Source: Octopus bimaculoides
Lineage: Eukaryota
Direction of reading: 5' to 3'
DNA: 64,000 nt
Assembly (NCBI RefSeq): GCF_001194135.2
Contig: NC_069006.1
Span: forward strand, 16,633,134-16,697,133
The position numbers and the translations under genes were made by a program. Numbering within the stretch: the stretch's first letter is position 1; each line of letters opens with the position of its first letter. The notes below the pieces were generated by a model that made no database searches, was not told where the DNA came from, and saw nothing but the letters and a program-made list of their open reading frames with translations. Below, in pieces: positions 1-12,499 of this stretch.

Positions 1-490
1 AATTTCTGGCAAGAAATCTATGTAATATAAGAAAGTGTCGAATTTCAAAGTTGTTTTATATAAAATCCTCTTCAGATATAGCTATAAGTTCAAGGCTAGA
101 TTGAAAAGCAAAGAACATAAAAATAAAAAAATGAAAATAAAAATAAAACAAATTTCTGTCAAGAAGTAACAGAATTAAATTTGGTTTTCCAGCAGAGTGC
201 TCCGAACTGAACATGTGCTGTGGTACTAAATATAGATCACATCAAATAAACCTGGCAGTCAGCTCTTCTAATATGATTATACACATAGCAAGGGCATGTG
301 TACGTGTGTGTGTGTGTGTGTGTGCTGATAGACAAACATCAACTCAACTAACCAAAAGAGAAATGTTAACAGAAACACTGACAGGCACACAAACAGACAA
401 GACTAAAACTAGGAAGAATAAACAGTGACATTTCATTAGGAACAACACATCACCGTATACCTTCTGACTCACACTCTACATTCTTTTCCA

Positions 491-533
<43 letters not shown>

Positions 534-579
534 GCATGTCCAAGTGCCTATATCAGAAATCATTGCAACAATTATGGTT

Positions 580-1240
580 AAAGCAATGAGCTGGCAAAAT
601 TGTTAGCATGCTGGACAAATGCTTAGCGGCATTTTGTCTGTTGCTACATTCTGAGTTCAAATTCTGCCAAGGTAAAACTTTACCTTTCATTCTTTTGGAG
701 TCAATAAAATAACTACCAATCAAGTACCAGGGTCAATATAATCGACTAATACCACCTCATCCAAATTTCTGGACTTTTGCTTATAGTAGAAACATTATTA
801 TTAAGGAAGCAAGCTAGTAGAATTGTTAGAGTGTCAGACAAAATGCTTAGGAACATTTTGTCTGGCTTTTTACATCCTGAATTCAAACTCCACTAAAGTT
901 GACTGCCTTTCATTGTTTCGGGATTAATTAAATAAGTACCTATTCTGTCTAAGGGTCAATGTAACTGACTAACCCTTTACCCCTAAAATTACTGACTTAG
1001 TGCCAAAAATTTGAAACAATTATTATTATCATTAAGGTAGTGAACTGGTAGAATTGTTAGCTCATCAGACAAAATGCTTAGCAACATTTTTTGCAGCCCT
1101 TTATATTTTGAGTTCAAAGGCAGAAGTCTTTCATCCTTTCTATGCTGATAAAATACAATACCAGTAGAGTACTGAGGACAGTGTGATCGACTTATTCCCT
1201 CCCCTCAAAACTGCTGACTTTGTGCCAAATTTAGAAGTAT
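580..1240 (+). mobile_element. Three head-to-tail copies of tRNA-derived SINE family B
   Basis: Repeated gagctggcagaa..ttagc..aaatgcttag..ctgagttcaaattc (B-box-like)..ggggtc.at..aatcgact units separated by (ATT)n. Confidence 0.8.
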
Positions 1241-2827
1241 TATGTAAGTATTGCATGAGAAAGCAGCACACACCATCAAGTGACACTGGGACAAGCTCAC
1301 CTACCGCCTTTCTTTCAATTAATTTTTGGAAAAAAATTAGGAATTTAGTAAAATAACTTTGCCATTGTTAAGCTGGTGTTTGGAATAGAACATGAAATTT
1401 TGATGGGTTTTAATTTTGGTCACTTGAGAGCAGCAAGTTTGTATCAGAACCAGGATTGGTCTTCATGGGGTAGGTATCGAAAGGATTAAAGAGATAATTG
1501 TTAGAAATATTGAATTTAAAAAGGAACGAAGGGTTTTGGTATTCAGTTAAAACCCTCCCTATGTCCTGAGTTCAAAACATATCACGGTTGACTTAGCCTT
1601 CAGGTAATAACAAAAGCTACCAGGGAAATACTAGGGTTGATTTAATTAAGAACCCTTCCTTCAAAATTTAAGTCCTCCGGTCTACATTAGAAACAATTAT
1701 TCAAATTACATGGATCAGCAGACTTGTTCAAGTGTTGGTATTTGTTCTGGCTCTTTAACTTCCAAGTTCATATCCTGCCAAAGCCAACTTTGCCTTTCAT
1801 CTCTTGGTTGGAGGAGAGGGAGGGGGAGTGGGTCTATAAAATAAATTTCCATTCAGGTACTGAGGTAAATATTATCAACAGCCATTCCCTTCTTCTGCCC
1901 TTGCACCTAAACATAACAATTATTTATAACTGCAGATGGCGGAATCAGTAGAGCATGGACCAAAAGGAAAAATAAAAAAAAAGGTGGCATTTATCCCTTC
2001 ATATTCTGAGTTCAAATCTCAACAAGGTTAAGATTGCTTTTGAAATCAAACATTAGGATGAAGGGGTGGAGAACAACTTCAATTATCTATATCCTTTCCT
2101 TCCTTCCTTCCCCAAAGATATGTGGCCATATGCCAAGTCAGAAAGCAACCATTGTTGTTATTATTGTTGTTTTTCTTATTATTGAGAGATTTTTGTTTAT
2201 AGTTTGGCATTTTTTTTTTAACCAAGCCAACCTTGGCACAGTTCCTAAAATTTCAAAACCAAAAGCAAGAACAATGAAGGAACATTTCCAGACCTGTTAT
2301 GTCAAAAGCAGAGAGGTTAACAGAATGATGGTAAGTGATTTAGCAGAAAGAGAGAGAGGTTGAGAGAGAAAGAATGAAGGAGATGAAGAGAGGAAAGGAG
2401 AGAGAGACAGAGACAGAGAGGTGAAGAATGAGAAGAACGATAGTCATGATGGTGGTGGTGGTGGGTGGCTCAATGTTTCATGTAAACAGATTATTTAGGA
2501 AGTAGAAATAGTCGAGAGAACGATAACAGGATGAAGAGAGGCAAGTGGATACATTAGGTAAAATGTTTTGCATGAAACTACTAAACTCATGCTGCATGTG
2601 ACTGTAACAACAGTGCACTCTGACTGCGATAGCAGCGAATGTGAGTGCATCAGTAGTGTACGGTGACTGTAATAAAAGTGTACGGTGACTGTGACAAAGT
2701 GAACAGTGACTGTAGATTTACATGTTTTATATTCATTGAATGTTTTCTTTTTTTTAATAGGTATTGTCTGGAGAAAGGAGACCATGCTCTGTCTCCTAGC
2801 TCTCCAGGACTGGTGAGCTGGAAGATA

Positions 2828-3236
2828 CTCTCTCTTTACTTGTTTCAGTCTTTTGACTGTGGCCATGCTGGGACACCACCTTTTAGTCGAGCAAATCGAC
2901 CCCAGGACTTATTCTTTGGAAGCCTAGTACTTATTCTATCGGTCTCTTTTGCTGAACCGCTAATTTACGGGGACGTAACCACACCAGCATCGGTTGTCAA
3001 GCAATGTTGGGGGGACAAACACAGACACACAAACACATACACACATACATTTATATATATATATACATATATACGACAGGCTTCTTTCAGTTTCCGTCTA
3101 CCAAATCCACTCACAAGGCTTTGGTCGGCCCGAGGCTATAGGAGAAGACACTTGCCCAAGATGCCACACAGTGGGACTGAACCCGGAACCATGTGGTTGG
3201 TAAGCAAGCTACTTACCACACAGCCACTCCTACGCC
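2828..3236 (-). mobile_element. SINE family A, full length
   Basis: Reverse complement of ggcgtaggagtggctgtgtggtaag..ggttcagtcccactg..(AT/GT)n..gtaaaagag. A-box- and B-box-like head. Confidence 0.9.
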
Positions 3237-3269
3237 TTAACATTCCTCTTCAATCACTGAACCAGTCAG

Positions 3270-4110
3270 CATCTACAAGTAAAACATGAGCAGGGTGGGA
3301 ATTCCAGAGAGCTGATATTCTGGAAGGGAAGGACCGGACAAGGTGGTCAGCAGAAAGCCTTGACATGGTGTAGGCATGACAAGCAGGAAGAGTGGTACAG
3401 TAGAGATGGTTGAAAACAAGTCAGCTGAGATGCAGAAGTCACAGCAAGGAGAGGAAAACGAAGCAAAAAGAACAGGTGGCACATGTGTGGGCCAAGCATT
3501 TGTAAATGGCTACTCAACGGCGTTTCTTAGTATGCAATCTTGAATGTCGGTCTTTGTAGCAGAAGTACCATTCCTGATGTGAGCAAAGTACTTTATTGGG
3601 GGGGGGGGGTCTACGGTGTTGAAGCAGTACTCTAGAATGTTAATATAATTAGCAGTAGCAACAGCATCCCAGATGTGGGAACTTACTCGAGTTTTGTAGG
3701 GAGTCTGTAGTTGGGAGGGTAGGAGACAAAGGCCAGTCTTTGTTATACTGAAGATGTGGGATCATCAGGAAAAATCCTCAGGAATACAAGGACTAAGATT
3801 TGTTGGAAGTATAAATGTACTTGTGTGCTGTTCACGTTTAGAGGGAAGAGTACTATAAAGTTTCCTTGATATTTGTAGTGATTGTATCTTTGTACTCTGT
3901 TGAAGATAATGGTATTACCTCAGTAGAGGATGTTTATCAAGTCTCTGCTCAAAAAATCAGTGCAGGTTTGGCATGAGGTGTCCACATTGCATGTGGGTGG
4001 TGAAGAATAGTATATACATAGGTGCGGCTATTGTTGGAAGTGATGGCAAATAAGTCGATAACAAAAATATACAGTAGTTTTAGGGAGGAGACTGTAACAG
4101 TAGTGAGGTG
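3270..4110 (-). mobile_element. Decayed CR1/L2-group LINE, 3' part of ORF2
   Basis: Minus-strand peptides YKTRVSSHIWDAVATANYINILE and DHLVRSFPSRISALWNSHP resemble the CR1-group LYK..RP.MEYCSHIW and SF.PR...LWNSLP motifs. Many stops. Confidence 0.65.
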
Positions 4111-4382
4111 ACTAAAACAGTAGTAATGCATCCATATCCTACTGTAAATGTGTAAAAAAAATGAAACATGTAATACTACAGAAAGGTGACATAGTAAATA
4201 GTGATATAGTACAAGCTACTCTGACATGCTACAGGTAGCATTACAGAAAGGGACATCACAGAAGACAATAGACAGTAACATCACAGTGGATGACAATATA
4301 AATAACATAAGGAGCCACAGAGGGTGGCCACACAGAGGGTGTCAAAATAAATAGCATAATCAATGAATATAAAGGTCCTTAC

Positions 4383-4448
4383 CTGACTTAATCCAATGCG
4401 ATAGTTGAGTTTATCGATATCCATGTGATCCAGATAGTGTTTGATAAT
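4383..4448 (-). CDS. MYO18A: Myosin-18 exon, converter region (IIKHYLDHMDIDKLNYRIGLSQ)
   Basis: ctacag acceptor and GTAAGG donor; 66 nt, phase 0/0. YRIGLSQ matches the converter motif just before VFFRAG. Confidence 0.9.
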
Positions 4449-4994
4449 CTGTAGAGTAAATAACAACAACAATAAGACACAGAAATACAACTGCAACATT
4501 GAACAACGATTAAAGAATACAGACATGTTTTTTTTTTNNNNNNNNNNNNNNNNNNNNNNNNNNNNNNNNNNNNNNNNNNNNNNNNNNNNNNNNNNNNNNN
4601 NNNNNNNNNNNNNNNNNNNNNNNNNNNNNNNNNNNNNNNNNNNNNNNNNNNNNNNNNNNNNNNNNNNNNNNNNNNNNNNNNNNNNNNNNNNNNNNNNNNN
4701 NNNNNNNNNNNNNNNNNNNNNNNNNNNNNNNNNNNNNNNNNNNNNNNNNNNNNNNNNNNNNNNNNNNNNNNNNNNNNNNNNNNNNNNNNNNNNNNNNNNN
4801 NNNNNNNNNNNNNNNNNNNNNNNNNNNNNNNNNNNNNNNNNNNNNNNNNNNNNNNNNNNNNNNNNNNNNNNNNNNNNNNNNNNNNNNNNNNNNNNNNNNN
4901 NNNNNNNNNNNNNNNNNNNNNNNNNNNNNNNNNNNNNNNNNNNNNNNNNNNNNNNNNNNNNNNNNNNNNNNNNNNNNNNNNNNNNNNNNNNNNN

Positions 4995-5054
<60 letters not shown>

Positions 5055-5069
5055 GAAGAGAGTACTAAC

Positions 5070-5164
5070 CTGTCTTTCATCCATGCCATCTGTTTTGAGG
5101 CCAAGAGGCATGAGAACCTCAAAACGGTGTTTAAATTCGCTGAACTGCAGGAAATCAGGGAAAC
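5070..5164 (-). CDS. MYO18A: Myosin-18 exon (G-FPDFLQFSEFKHRFEVLMPLGLKTDGMDERQ)
   Basis: tttcag acceptor and GTTAGT donor; 95 nt, phase 1/0. Matches GYPDHMVFSEFRRRFDVL of MYO18A. Only partly shown in the ORF track. Confidence 0.92.
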
Positions 5165-5744
5165 CTGAAACAGATGGTAGAGAAACAGTTGATTAAGGAG
5201 TATCAGTGAAGGAGTATAGAAGAAGAGGAGGGAGTAGTCAGTAGACGTAGTGCTGTCGGTGGTGTGTACATATGGTGGTGGAAGGTTGTTGACAAGGTGA
5301 TGAGTGAGGTGGGGATGGGACATAGTGTGTAATGGGAGATAGGTAGTAATGATATAGAAAGCAATACTGGAAAGGTTTTGGTAGTTTGTTTATATGCATA
5401 GTTTGTTGGTTGTCGGGGTGGAGGACTGAGTTCATATCCTGTAGCGCTTGACTGAGCCTTCAGGTAGCAACATAAACTACCAGGGAAATACTGGGGTCAA
5501 TTTAATAAAGTAACTCTCCTCCAGAATTTAAGTCCTTCTGTCTGACTGAGGTTATAAGAAAAACTGGAGAAATAAGAGATGGGGGATACTTGATAAGAGA
5601 GAGACAAAGTGAGAGAGAAATTACAATGAACTGATTGTATACGGTGCTAAGATGCAATATGATTTGCTGAGAAAGGTTAAAGGGGGGGGGGCAGAAGCAG
5701 CAATATGTTGAATAAAAAAAGACAAACAATGATAACCAATGATA

Positions 5745-6063
5745 GGCGCAGGAGTGGCTGTGTGGTAAGTAGCTTGCTTACCAACCACATGGTTCTGGGT
5801 TCAGTCCCACTGCGTGGCACCNNNNNNNNNNNNNNNNNNNNNNNNNNNNNNNNNNNNNNNNNNNNNNNNNNNNNNNNNNNNNNNNNNNNNNNNNNNNNNN
5901 NNNNNNNNNNNNNNNNNNNNNNNNNNNNNNNNNNNNNNNNNNNNNNNNNNNNNNNNNNNNNNNNNNNNNNNNNNNNNNNNNNNNNNNNNNNNNNNNNNNN
6001 NNNNNNNNNNNNNNNNNNNNNNNNNNNNNNNNNNNNNNNNNNNNNNNNNNNNNNNNNTATATG

Positions 6064-6102
<39 letters not shown>

Positions 6103-6312
6103 TTGTGTGTCTGTGTTTGTCCCCCCACCATCGCTTGACAACCGATGCTGGTGTGTTTATGTTCCCGTAACTTAGCGGTTCGGCAAAAGAGACCGATAGA
6201 ATAAGTACTAGGCTTACAAAGAATAAGTCCTGGGGTCGATTTGCTCGACTAAAAGGCGGTGCTCCAGCATGGCCACAGTCAAATGACTGAAACAAGTAAA
6301 AGAGTAAAAGAG
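5745..6312 (+). mobile_element. SINE family A with an assembly gap in its central microsatellite
   Basis: Family A head and tail flank the N-gap 5822-6057. Confidence 0.9.
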
Positions 6313-8013
6313 AGAGAGTAAGCATGTCAGGAGCAGTGTTGGTGAATTTCTTGAAGCATGAAATTCCCGAAGAATAGTGTCCTGACAGCTAACAACCAAC
6401 ACAAGTAGTTTATACAATGCTTCAACAATTTTCAGTATCAAAAAATGCTTCCAAAAGTCATGCATGTTGTTCTGAGTGAGAGAGAGTGACAATGACAAGA
6501 GATAGAGAGACAGTATGACAGAAATACAAGAACTTTGGTACAAAATTTATCCCAGTATACTCAACTGTGTTGGCAAAAATAGATACCAGGCAATTTAATT
6601 ATCTCCTCATCCCTAACTAATACCCTAAAATATCACATACTTCATGACCACCAGGAGCACGCAACATAAAAATATCTAAATGCATTCTTGCAACAGAAAG
6701 CTATTCATAGCTTGCAAGATATATCTTTAAAAAAAAAATCATGATAATGGATTTATTCCTGATGCTTAGTGTCATGAGATGGCATGCACCTTTCACGTCC
6801 GGTCAGTTGACTGACAGATACACGTGTTTATGTTCAGTAGATTAGTCAGTTTTCTATTTCACTAGGTAGTATTCACTCTCACTGACACAGTGTTTATGTG
6901 TGTGTGTGTATACACACACATACATACATATATATTCATATATGTACATACATATGCACACACATATATTCATCATCATCATCATCGTTTAACGTCCNNN
7001 NNNNNNNNNNNNNNNNNNNNNNNNNNNNNNNNNNNNNNNNNNNNNNNNNNNNNNNNNNNNNNNNNNNNNNNNNNNNNNNNNNNNNNNNNNNNNNNNNNNN
7101 NNNNNNNNNNNNNNNNNNNNNNNNNNNNNNNNNNNNNNNNNNNNNNNNNNNNNNNNNNNNNNNNNNNNNNNNNNNNNNNNNNNNNNNNNNNNNNNNNNNN
7201 NNNNNNNNNNNNNNNNNNNNNNNNNNNNNNNNNNNNNNNNNNNNNNNNNNNNNNNNNNNNNNNNNNNNNNNNNNNNNNNNNNNNNNNNNNNNNNNNNNNN
7301 NNNNNNNNNNNNNTTTTTAACCAAAAAATTTGGTAAAAAATATAGTATCTGTTAACAATCTTAGCAAAAAACTCACAGTTGAGTTTTTGAATATATATCA
7401 ACTTTAAATAGAGCTCAAAATTGATCCGTTGAAAATACTTTATTACAACAACAATAACAATAATAATAACAAATAAATAGACCTATGTACATTTCGATAG
7501 AACATCCAGAATGATTAATACATATCATAAAATATTATATATATATATATATACATGTATGTGCATGTATTATGTGTGTATATATAAACACACACACGCA
7601 CACACAAAACGAGTTGAAAGCACTACGTAAACAATTATCGAAAATTCTCACTACTTTCTTAATATATGAAATCTGTACACCACTTCAAACAATCTATACA
7701 TTTGACAGCCTTGATGGGAAAACAGACTCTCCAGGTTAAACAATGGCTTTTTCTGTAAACTGTAAAGGACAGGGCTTTTCTGTAAACTGGAGAGACAAAC
7801 AAGCTAACTAGTTATCACATTTTTCATAAATAGCTGCAATCTACTGTATCTTGCCCCCTCTCTCTCTCTCTTTAGAATAAACAAAACAGACACTCCCATG
7901 AGTTGATACTTGACTAGTTCTTGTGTGTGTGTGTGTCTGGCAACAGAGGCTGGTGCCATCTCATCATTCAGTCCCCTTATGCACAATCTCCACATATAAT
8001 ATTTTGGACTCAC

Positions 8014-8209
8014 CCAAGCGAAAAATACGAACAGCTTCCAAAATCTCTGCCCCACGTATCTGTGAACGGACCAATGGAACGTTAAGTAGATTTGACTCTG
8101 TGGTGTTGGCTGCGCCTCCTTTCAGTTCACATAGCCCAGCGTTGTTCTGGGGCAGGACGCAATGGACAAAATGGCACTTGGTACGACGTAGGGTTTCTAT
8201 AATGGAATC
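8014..8209 (-). CDS. MYO18A: Myosin-18 exon, SH2/SH1 helix region (DSIIETLRRTKCHFVHCVLPQ...IRGAEILEAVRIFRL)
   Basis: ttgcag acceptor and GTGAGT donor; 196 nt, phase 0/1. Confidence 0.95.
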
Positions 8210-8249
8210 CTGCAATGGAATAAAGAAGTAAATATAGGAATCAGATCAA

Positions 8250-8298
<49 letters not shown>

Positions 8299-9037
8299 AA
8301 TTTCTGAGATGATAAATTTTCATTTTTATACATTGANNNNNNNNNNGTGAATTTCTGAGATGATAAATTTTCATTTTTATACACTGACATATTTGGATTA
8401 GTGTCCTCATCTTGATTGTTGTAGTCAAAATATTTTAGCCACTGTACCCTCCAGTTTTCTATAAATGCCCATCATATTTAGTAACATTCTCAGAATTTCA
8501 AACTAAACCCTTTACTAAATTCATGAAGCATAGCTATTCTCCTACCTACACTGCCACTAGTTCTTTCTACCTTAACCAGAATATATATAGAGACGTATGT
8601 AAAAGCCAAAAATTTAACTAATGCCAAAAAAGTAAACCACAACCATGTATAAACTACAACACTAGACACCCAAGATTTAATATTTATCCCCACTTAAACA
8701 TGAATGTTCTGTTAGGACAAACTATACTGTGGTAAATACCACGAGAGAAACTCATTGGCTACTACAGTATAGTTTGTTCTAGCAGGACATCCACCTTTAA
8801 GTGGGGATAAATATTACCTCTTGGTATTAATGTTATCTCTGCCAAAGGGCAATTAATTAGATGATGGAAATTAAAAGACACAAAACGATTAGGTTTAAAA
8901 CTCAATGTCAAGGAAAGGACATATTAAATACACTCAAAAACAACAAGATGGCCATAGCTAAAATGTCTTTGACCCTAGGTCTGCTCAACCAGGGCTGATT
9001 TGAAACTAAACAATAACAACAACAATAGTGTACTGAC

Positions 9038-9224
9038 CACTTGCAGTTTGACTTGCAGACAAATGGATTTTCGTTTCAAATTGGCTCCAGAAGAAGTCAA
9101 AGTTCGGCGCATACTGGCAGCTCGGCGCAGTGATGAAGTAGGTTTCTCTGCGCCAATGGAAGAACTACTCACTGTTGTAGAGATAGCACCCCGTATTGTT
9201 GTGAAAAGGTCACTTATGTTATTC
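9038..9224 (-). CDS. MYO18A: Myosin-18 exon, loop 2 region (NNISDLF...SLRRAASMRR...KRKSICLQVKLQV)
   Basis: ttgcag acceptor and GTCAGT donor; 187 nt, phase 2/0. Matches LRRATSMRK...KKKSLCIQMKLQV. Confidence 0.95.
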
Positions 9225-9458
9225 CTGCAATGATCAGAAGATAATTGTGTTAATTCAGTAAATTGGGATAAACAAAAATGTTAATATAAAAATGAATGCA
9301 TGATAATGAGAATCTTAAGAGGGATTTAATGTTATTTCAGAAATATTTATTTGATAATGATATTTAAACAAATGATTGAATGAGTGTTATTAGGTGATAA
9401 TGCAATTTTGGTGATGATAATAATTTTCAGATGAATAGATGATAATGTAATTTCTATA

Positions 9459-9615
9459 GGAGTGGCTGTGTGGTAAGTAGCTTGCTTATCAATCACATGG
9501 TTCTGGGTTCAGTCCCACTGCGTGGCACCTTGGGCAAATGTCTTCTACTATAGCCTCAGGCCGACCAAAGCTTTGTGAGTGGATTTGGTAGACGGAAACT
9601 GAAAGAAGCCTGTCG

Positions 9616-9650
<35 letters not shown>

Positions 9651-9735
9651 CTATGTTTGTGTGTCTGTGTTTGTCCCCCCCCCCCCCAATATCGCTTGAC
9701 AACCAATGCTGGTGTGATTACGTCCCCGTAACTTA
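9459..9735 (+). mobile_element. SINE family A, 3'-truncated
   Basis: Family A head and microsatellite middle. Confidence 0.85.
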
Positions 9736-9879
9736 TGATCATCAAAAATTATATCTATCTGCCTGTCTATATGTATGTATTGTGTTGGCCAAAAAGTCAA
9801 GAACTTTAATAAGTATCTAACTTCAACCTGTTCCTTGCACATGTACATTCATTAAATATTTGATACTTCAACATAGTTC

Positions 9880-10320
9880 AATACAAACTTGCTATGAAAC
9901 AGGTTGTATTTGTGTGCTTGGAATCATCCTGAAAATGGAGATCTCAAATTGAACATTATCCACACCTCATGTTTTCTTTATTTCGAAAAAGGCAAGAAAG
10001 TGTGGAAACCTGCACAAAAATATGTGCTGCGTATGGAGAGGATGCTGTTATGGAATGTGTGTGCCAGAAGCTGTTTTCAAGGTTTCAATCAGAGAAATTT
10101 TTCAGTTCAAGATGCATCTCGCTCTGGCTGGCCAACTGAGATTAACAGTGACACCAACCCCTGTTTATACAACCAGGATGATCACAGATGTTCCTCAAAT
10201 ATCTGTGTTCCAAAACCATCTGCATTGACTTGGTAATGTCAGCGGGCTTGATGTTTGGGTCCCATAACAATTGAATGAGGTTAACATTGCCCTACTGATT
10301 TCCATATGATAAGGCCTATT
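9880..10320 (+). mobile_element. Mariner transposase N-terminal relic
   Basis: Frameshifted peptides FEKGK..AQKICAAYGEDAV, DASRSGWPTEINSD and LDVWVP (HTH, RSGRP-like and WVPHEL-like motifs). Confidence 0.8.
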
Positions 10321-10545
10321 ATGCATATGCCTCAAAATAAGTGAGAGAGCTCAGGTAAGAATAAGGAGAAAAGAAGGGGTGAAGGGTTGATGAGAGAGTT
10401 AGATTTAGTGGCATCCTTGGTCACACTGGAAGCAATGTATGATGAACAAAAGATATCCACTGCTATCCGTCCTTTGTCACATTGGTGGCATAGTAAAGTG
10501 AGATCGAGAAGACAGTGTGACAGAGAGATGCACAATGAGACACAG

Positions 10546-10706
10546 GGCATGAATGCTAGAGGCATGAGTGCTAGAGGCATGAGTGCTAGAGGCATGAGTG
10601 CTAGAGACATGAGTGCTAGAGGCATGAGTGCTAGAGGCATGAGTGCTAGAGGCATGAGTGTTAGAGGCACGAGTGCTAGAGGCATGAGTGCTAGAGGCAT
10701 GAGTGA
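10546..10706. repeat. 15-bp minisatellite (ggcatgagtgctaga), about 10-11 copies
   Basis: Direct reading of the tandem units. Confidence 0.95.
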
Positions 10707-11396
10707 TAAATACAGAGATGATGAAGTCATGAATGACATTGGTGTGATTGATAGGTAAGTGATAAGAGAGACAAGTGATAAAGAACAAGCAATAAGAAGG
10801 GTATGTGATAAAGATGTGTAATAAGAGGGACGTGCAAAACTAAAATAACTACAGAGAAAATTAAACAACATCCGGGCTTCTTCTGGATGAAAGAACCAAC
10901 ACATACTACCATCATCAACCTTTGAAGATTAAATTCTATTTTATTTATACAACATGATACAGTATTTCCTCCTTAACAGAAAACAGCCGTCAGATTTAGA
11001 CTAACTAAAGCAACCATAACTTATCTCCCTTAACATTTTTTTTTTTTTACATGGCTTTTTTTTTCTTTTTCTTCTCCAAACCGTTTCTTCACACATTTTA
11101 TCTCATCTATCTGATTCTCATAGAGAATTACTGCTGTAGCTAGTCAGTTTTTTTTTTCGATAAAATTGCAACAGTCTTAAATAAAGTTAGTATCAGTTCT
11201 GATAATTCACGTAACCTTTCATTAATTTCTATTTATAGAAAAAAAAAAAAAAATCCCAGATTTATTATCAACATATTCAATACACACACGTGGAAACACC
11301 ATTAACATTTTATCATAATTCTCCTACAACTACTAATAATAATAATACTAATTATTATTATTATTATTACTACTACAACTACTGCTACTATTATTA

Positions 11397-12040
11397 AGGC
11401 AGTGAGCTAGCGGAATCATTGGTACACCAGGCAAAATGCTTAGTGGCGTTTCATCCATCTTTACATTCTGAGTTCAAATTCCACTGAGGTCGNNNNNNNN
11501 NNTTTATAGAAAAAAAAAAAAAAATCCCAGATTTATTATCAACATATTCAATACACACACGTGGAAACACCATTAACATTTTATCATAATTCTCCTACAA
11601 CTACTAATAATAATAATACTAATTATTATTATTATTATTACTACTACAACTACTGCTACTATTATTAAGGCAGTGAGCTAGCGGAATCATTGGTACACCA
11701 GGCAAAATGCTTAGTGGCGTTTCATCCATCTTTACATTCTGAGTTCAAATTCCACTGAGGTCGACTTTGCCTTTCATCCTTTTGGGGCTGATAAAATAAG
11801 TGCTGATTGAGTACTGGGGGTCAACGTGATTGACTAGCCAACTCCCTGAAATTGCTGGCCCTGTGCCAAAGTTTAAAACCAATATTATATACACTTACAA
11901 GGCAGCAAGCTAGCAGAATCTATAGCACGCTGGGAAAAATGCTAAGTGGCATTTCATTCATCTTTACATCCTGAGTTTAATTCCACGAAGATTGGCTTTG
12001 TCTTTCATCCTTTCAGGTTTGTTAAAATAAGTACCAGCTG
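11397..12040 (+). mobile_element. SINE family B copies (first copy artefactually duplicated across a 10-N gap)
   Basis: Family B motifs. 11233-11492 is repeated at 11503-11763. Confidence 0.8.
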
Positions 12041-12267
12041 GGGAACACATACGCCATTGAAACCGGAAAACCGGGCCCATTAAATTTAATTATATCTATG
12101 ATTATATTAACTGACATATTCATTTATTTTATAATCTTGTAGGGTACAATTTGAAGGAGATTCAGCTATTATTGAATGACCACAGAGTAGCTTCTGCCTT
12201 GACCCACCAGAAAGACAAATGGGTTTGCTTGTTAAGAAGAGCAGAAGCCTTTAGAAAGAGAGGAAAG

Positions 12268-12309
<42 letters not shown>

Positions 12310-12339
12310 GATACAGCAGGTCTATGAGTGAGTGATTAC

Positions 12340-12499
12340 CTGTTGGAGTCTTGAAGGATGTGAATGGCAATTTTGCTAACACTATTCTCTCGACAAGCCT
12401 TCAACCATCCAGTAGCATTGTACTGGACTGGGTTGGTACCTTGGAAGTGATTCAAAATAAATGTGTGTCCAAGGGAGCCCTTCCTCAGCAAACTGTCAC
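12340..12499 (-). CDS. MYO18A: Myosin-18 exon (DSLLRKGSLGHTFILNHFQGTNPVQYNATGWLK...LQDSN)
   Basis: gttcag acceptor and GTAATC donor; 160 nt, phase 1/2. Confidence 0.95.

Noticed and set aside
458-494. Minus-strand mini-exon-like stretch (VLEKNVECESE) between CAG and GTATAC
   Set aside because: The acceptor is preceded by (CA)n with no pyrimidine tract, and the peptide does not match the expected next myosin-18 segment (VFFRAG...).
2663-3289. 208-aa ORF on the + strand
   Set aside because: It runs through an antisense SINE A and a microsatellite. The same pseudo-peptides recur at every SINE copy.
4281-7401. Long ORFs containing X runs (also at 15.1-15.5, 28.5-29.0, 41.1-41.9, 45.4-46.3 and 62.3-62.9 kb)
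   Set aside because: They are open only because N-gaps and dinucleotide repeats lack stop codons.
8296-8387. 41-bp direct repeat flanking a 10-N gap
   Set aside because: Typical unmerged contig overlap; an assembly artefact.
10387-10758. ORF with (ARGMS)n repeats and its antisense (LALMP)n ORF
   Set aside because: Translation of a 15-bp minisatellite that is stop-free in several frames. No splice or homology support.
11233-11763. 260-bp exact tandem duplication
   Set aside because: The copies are identical and separated by a 10-N gap, so this is an assembly overlap rather than biology.
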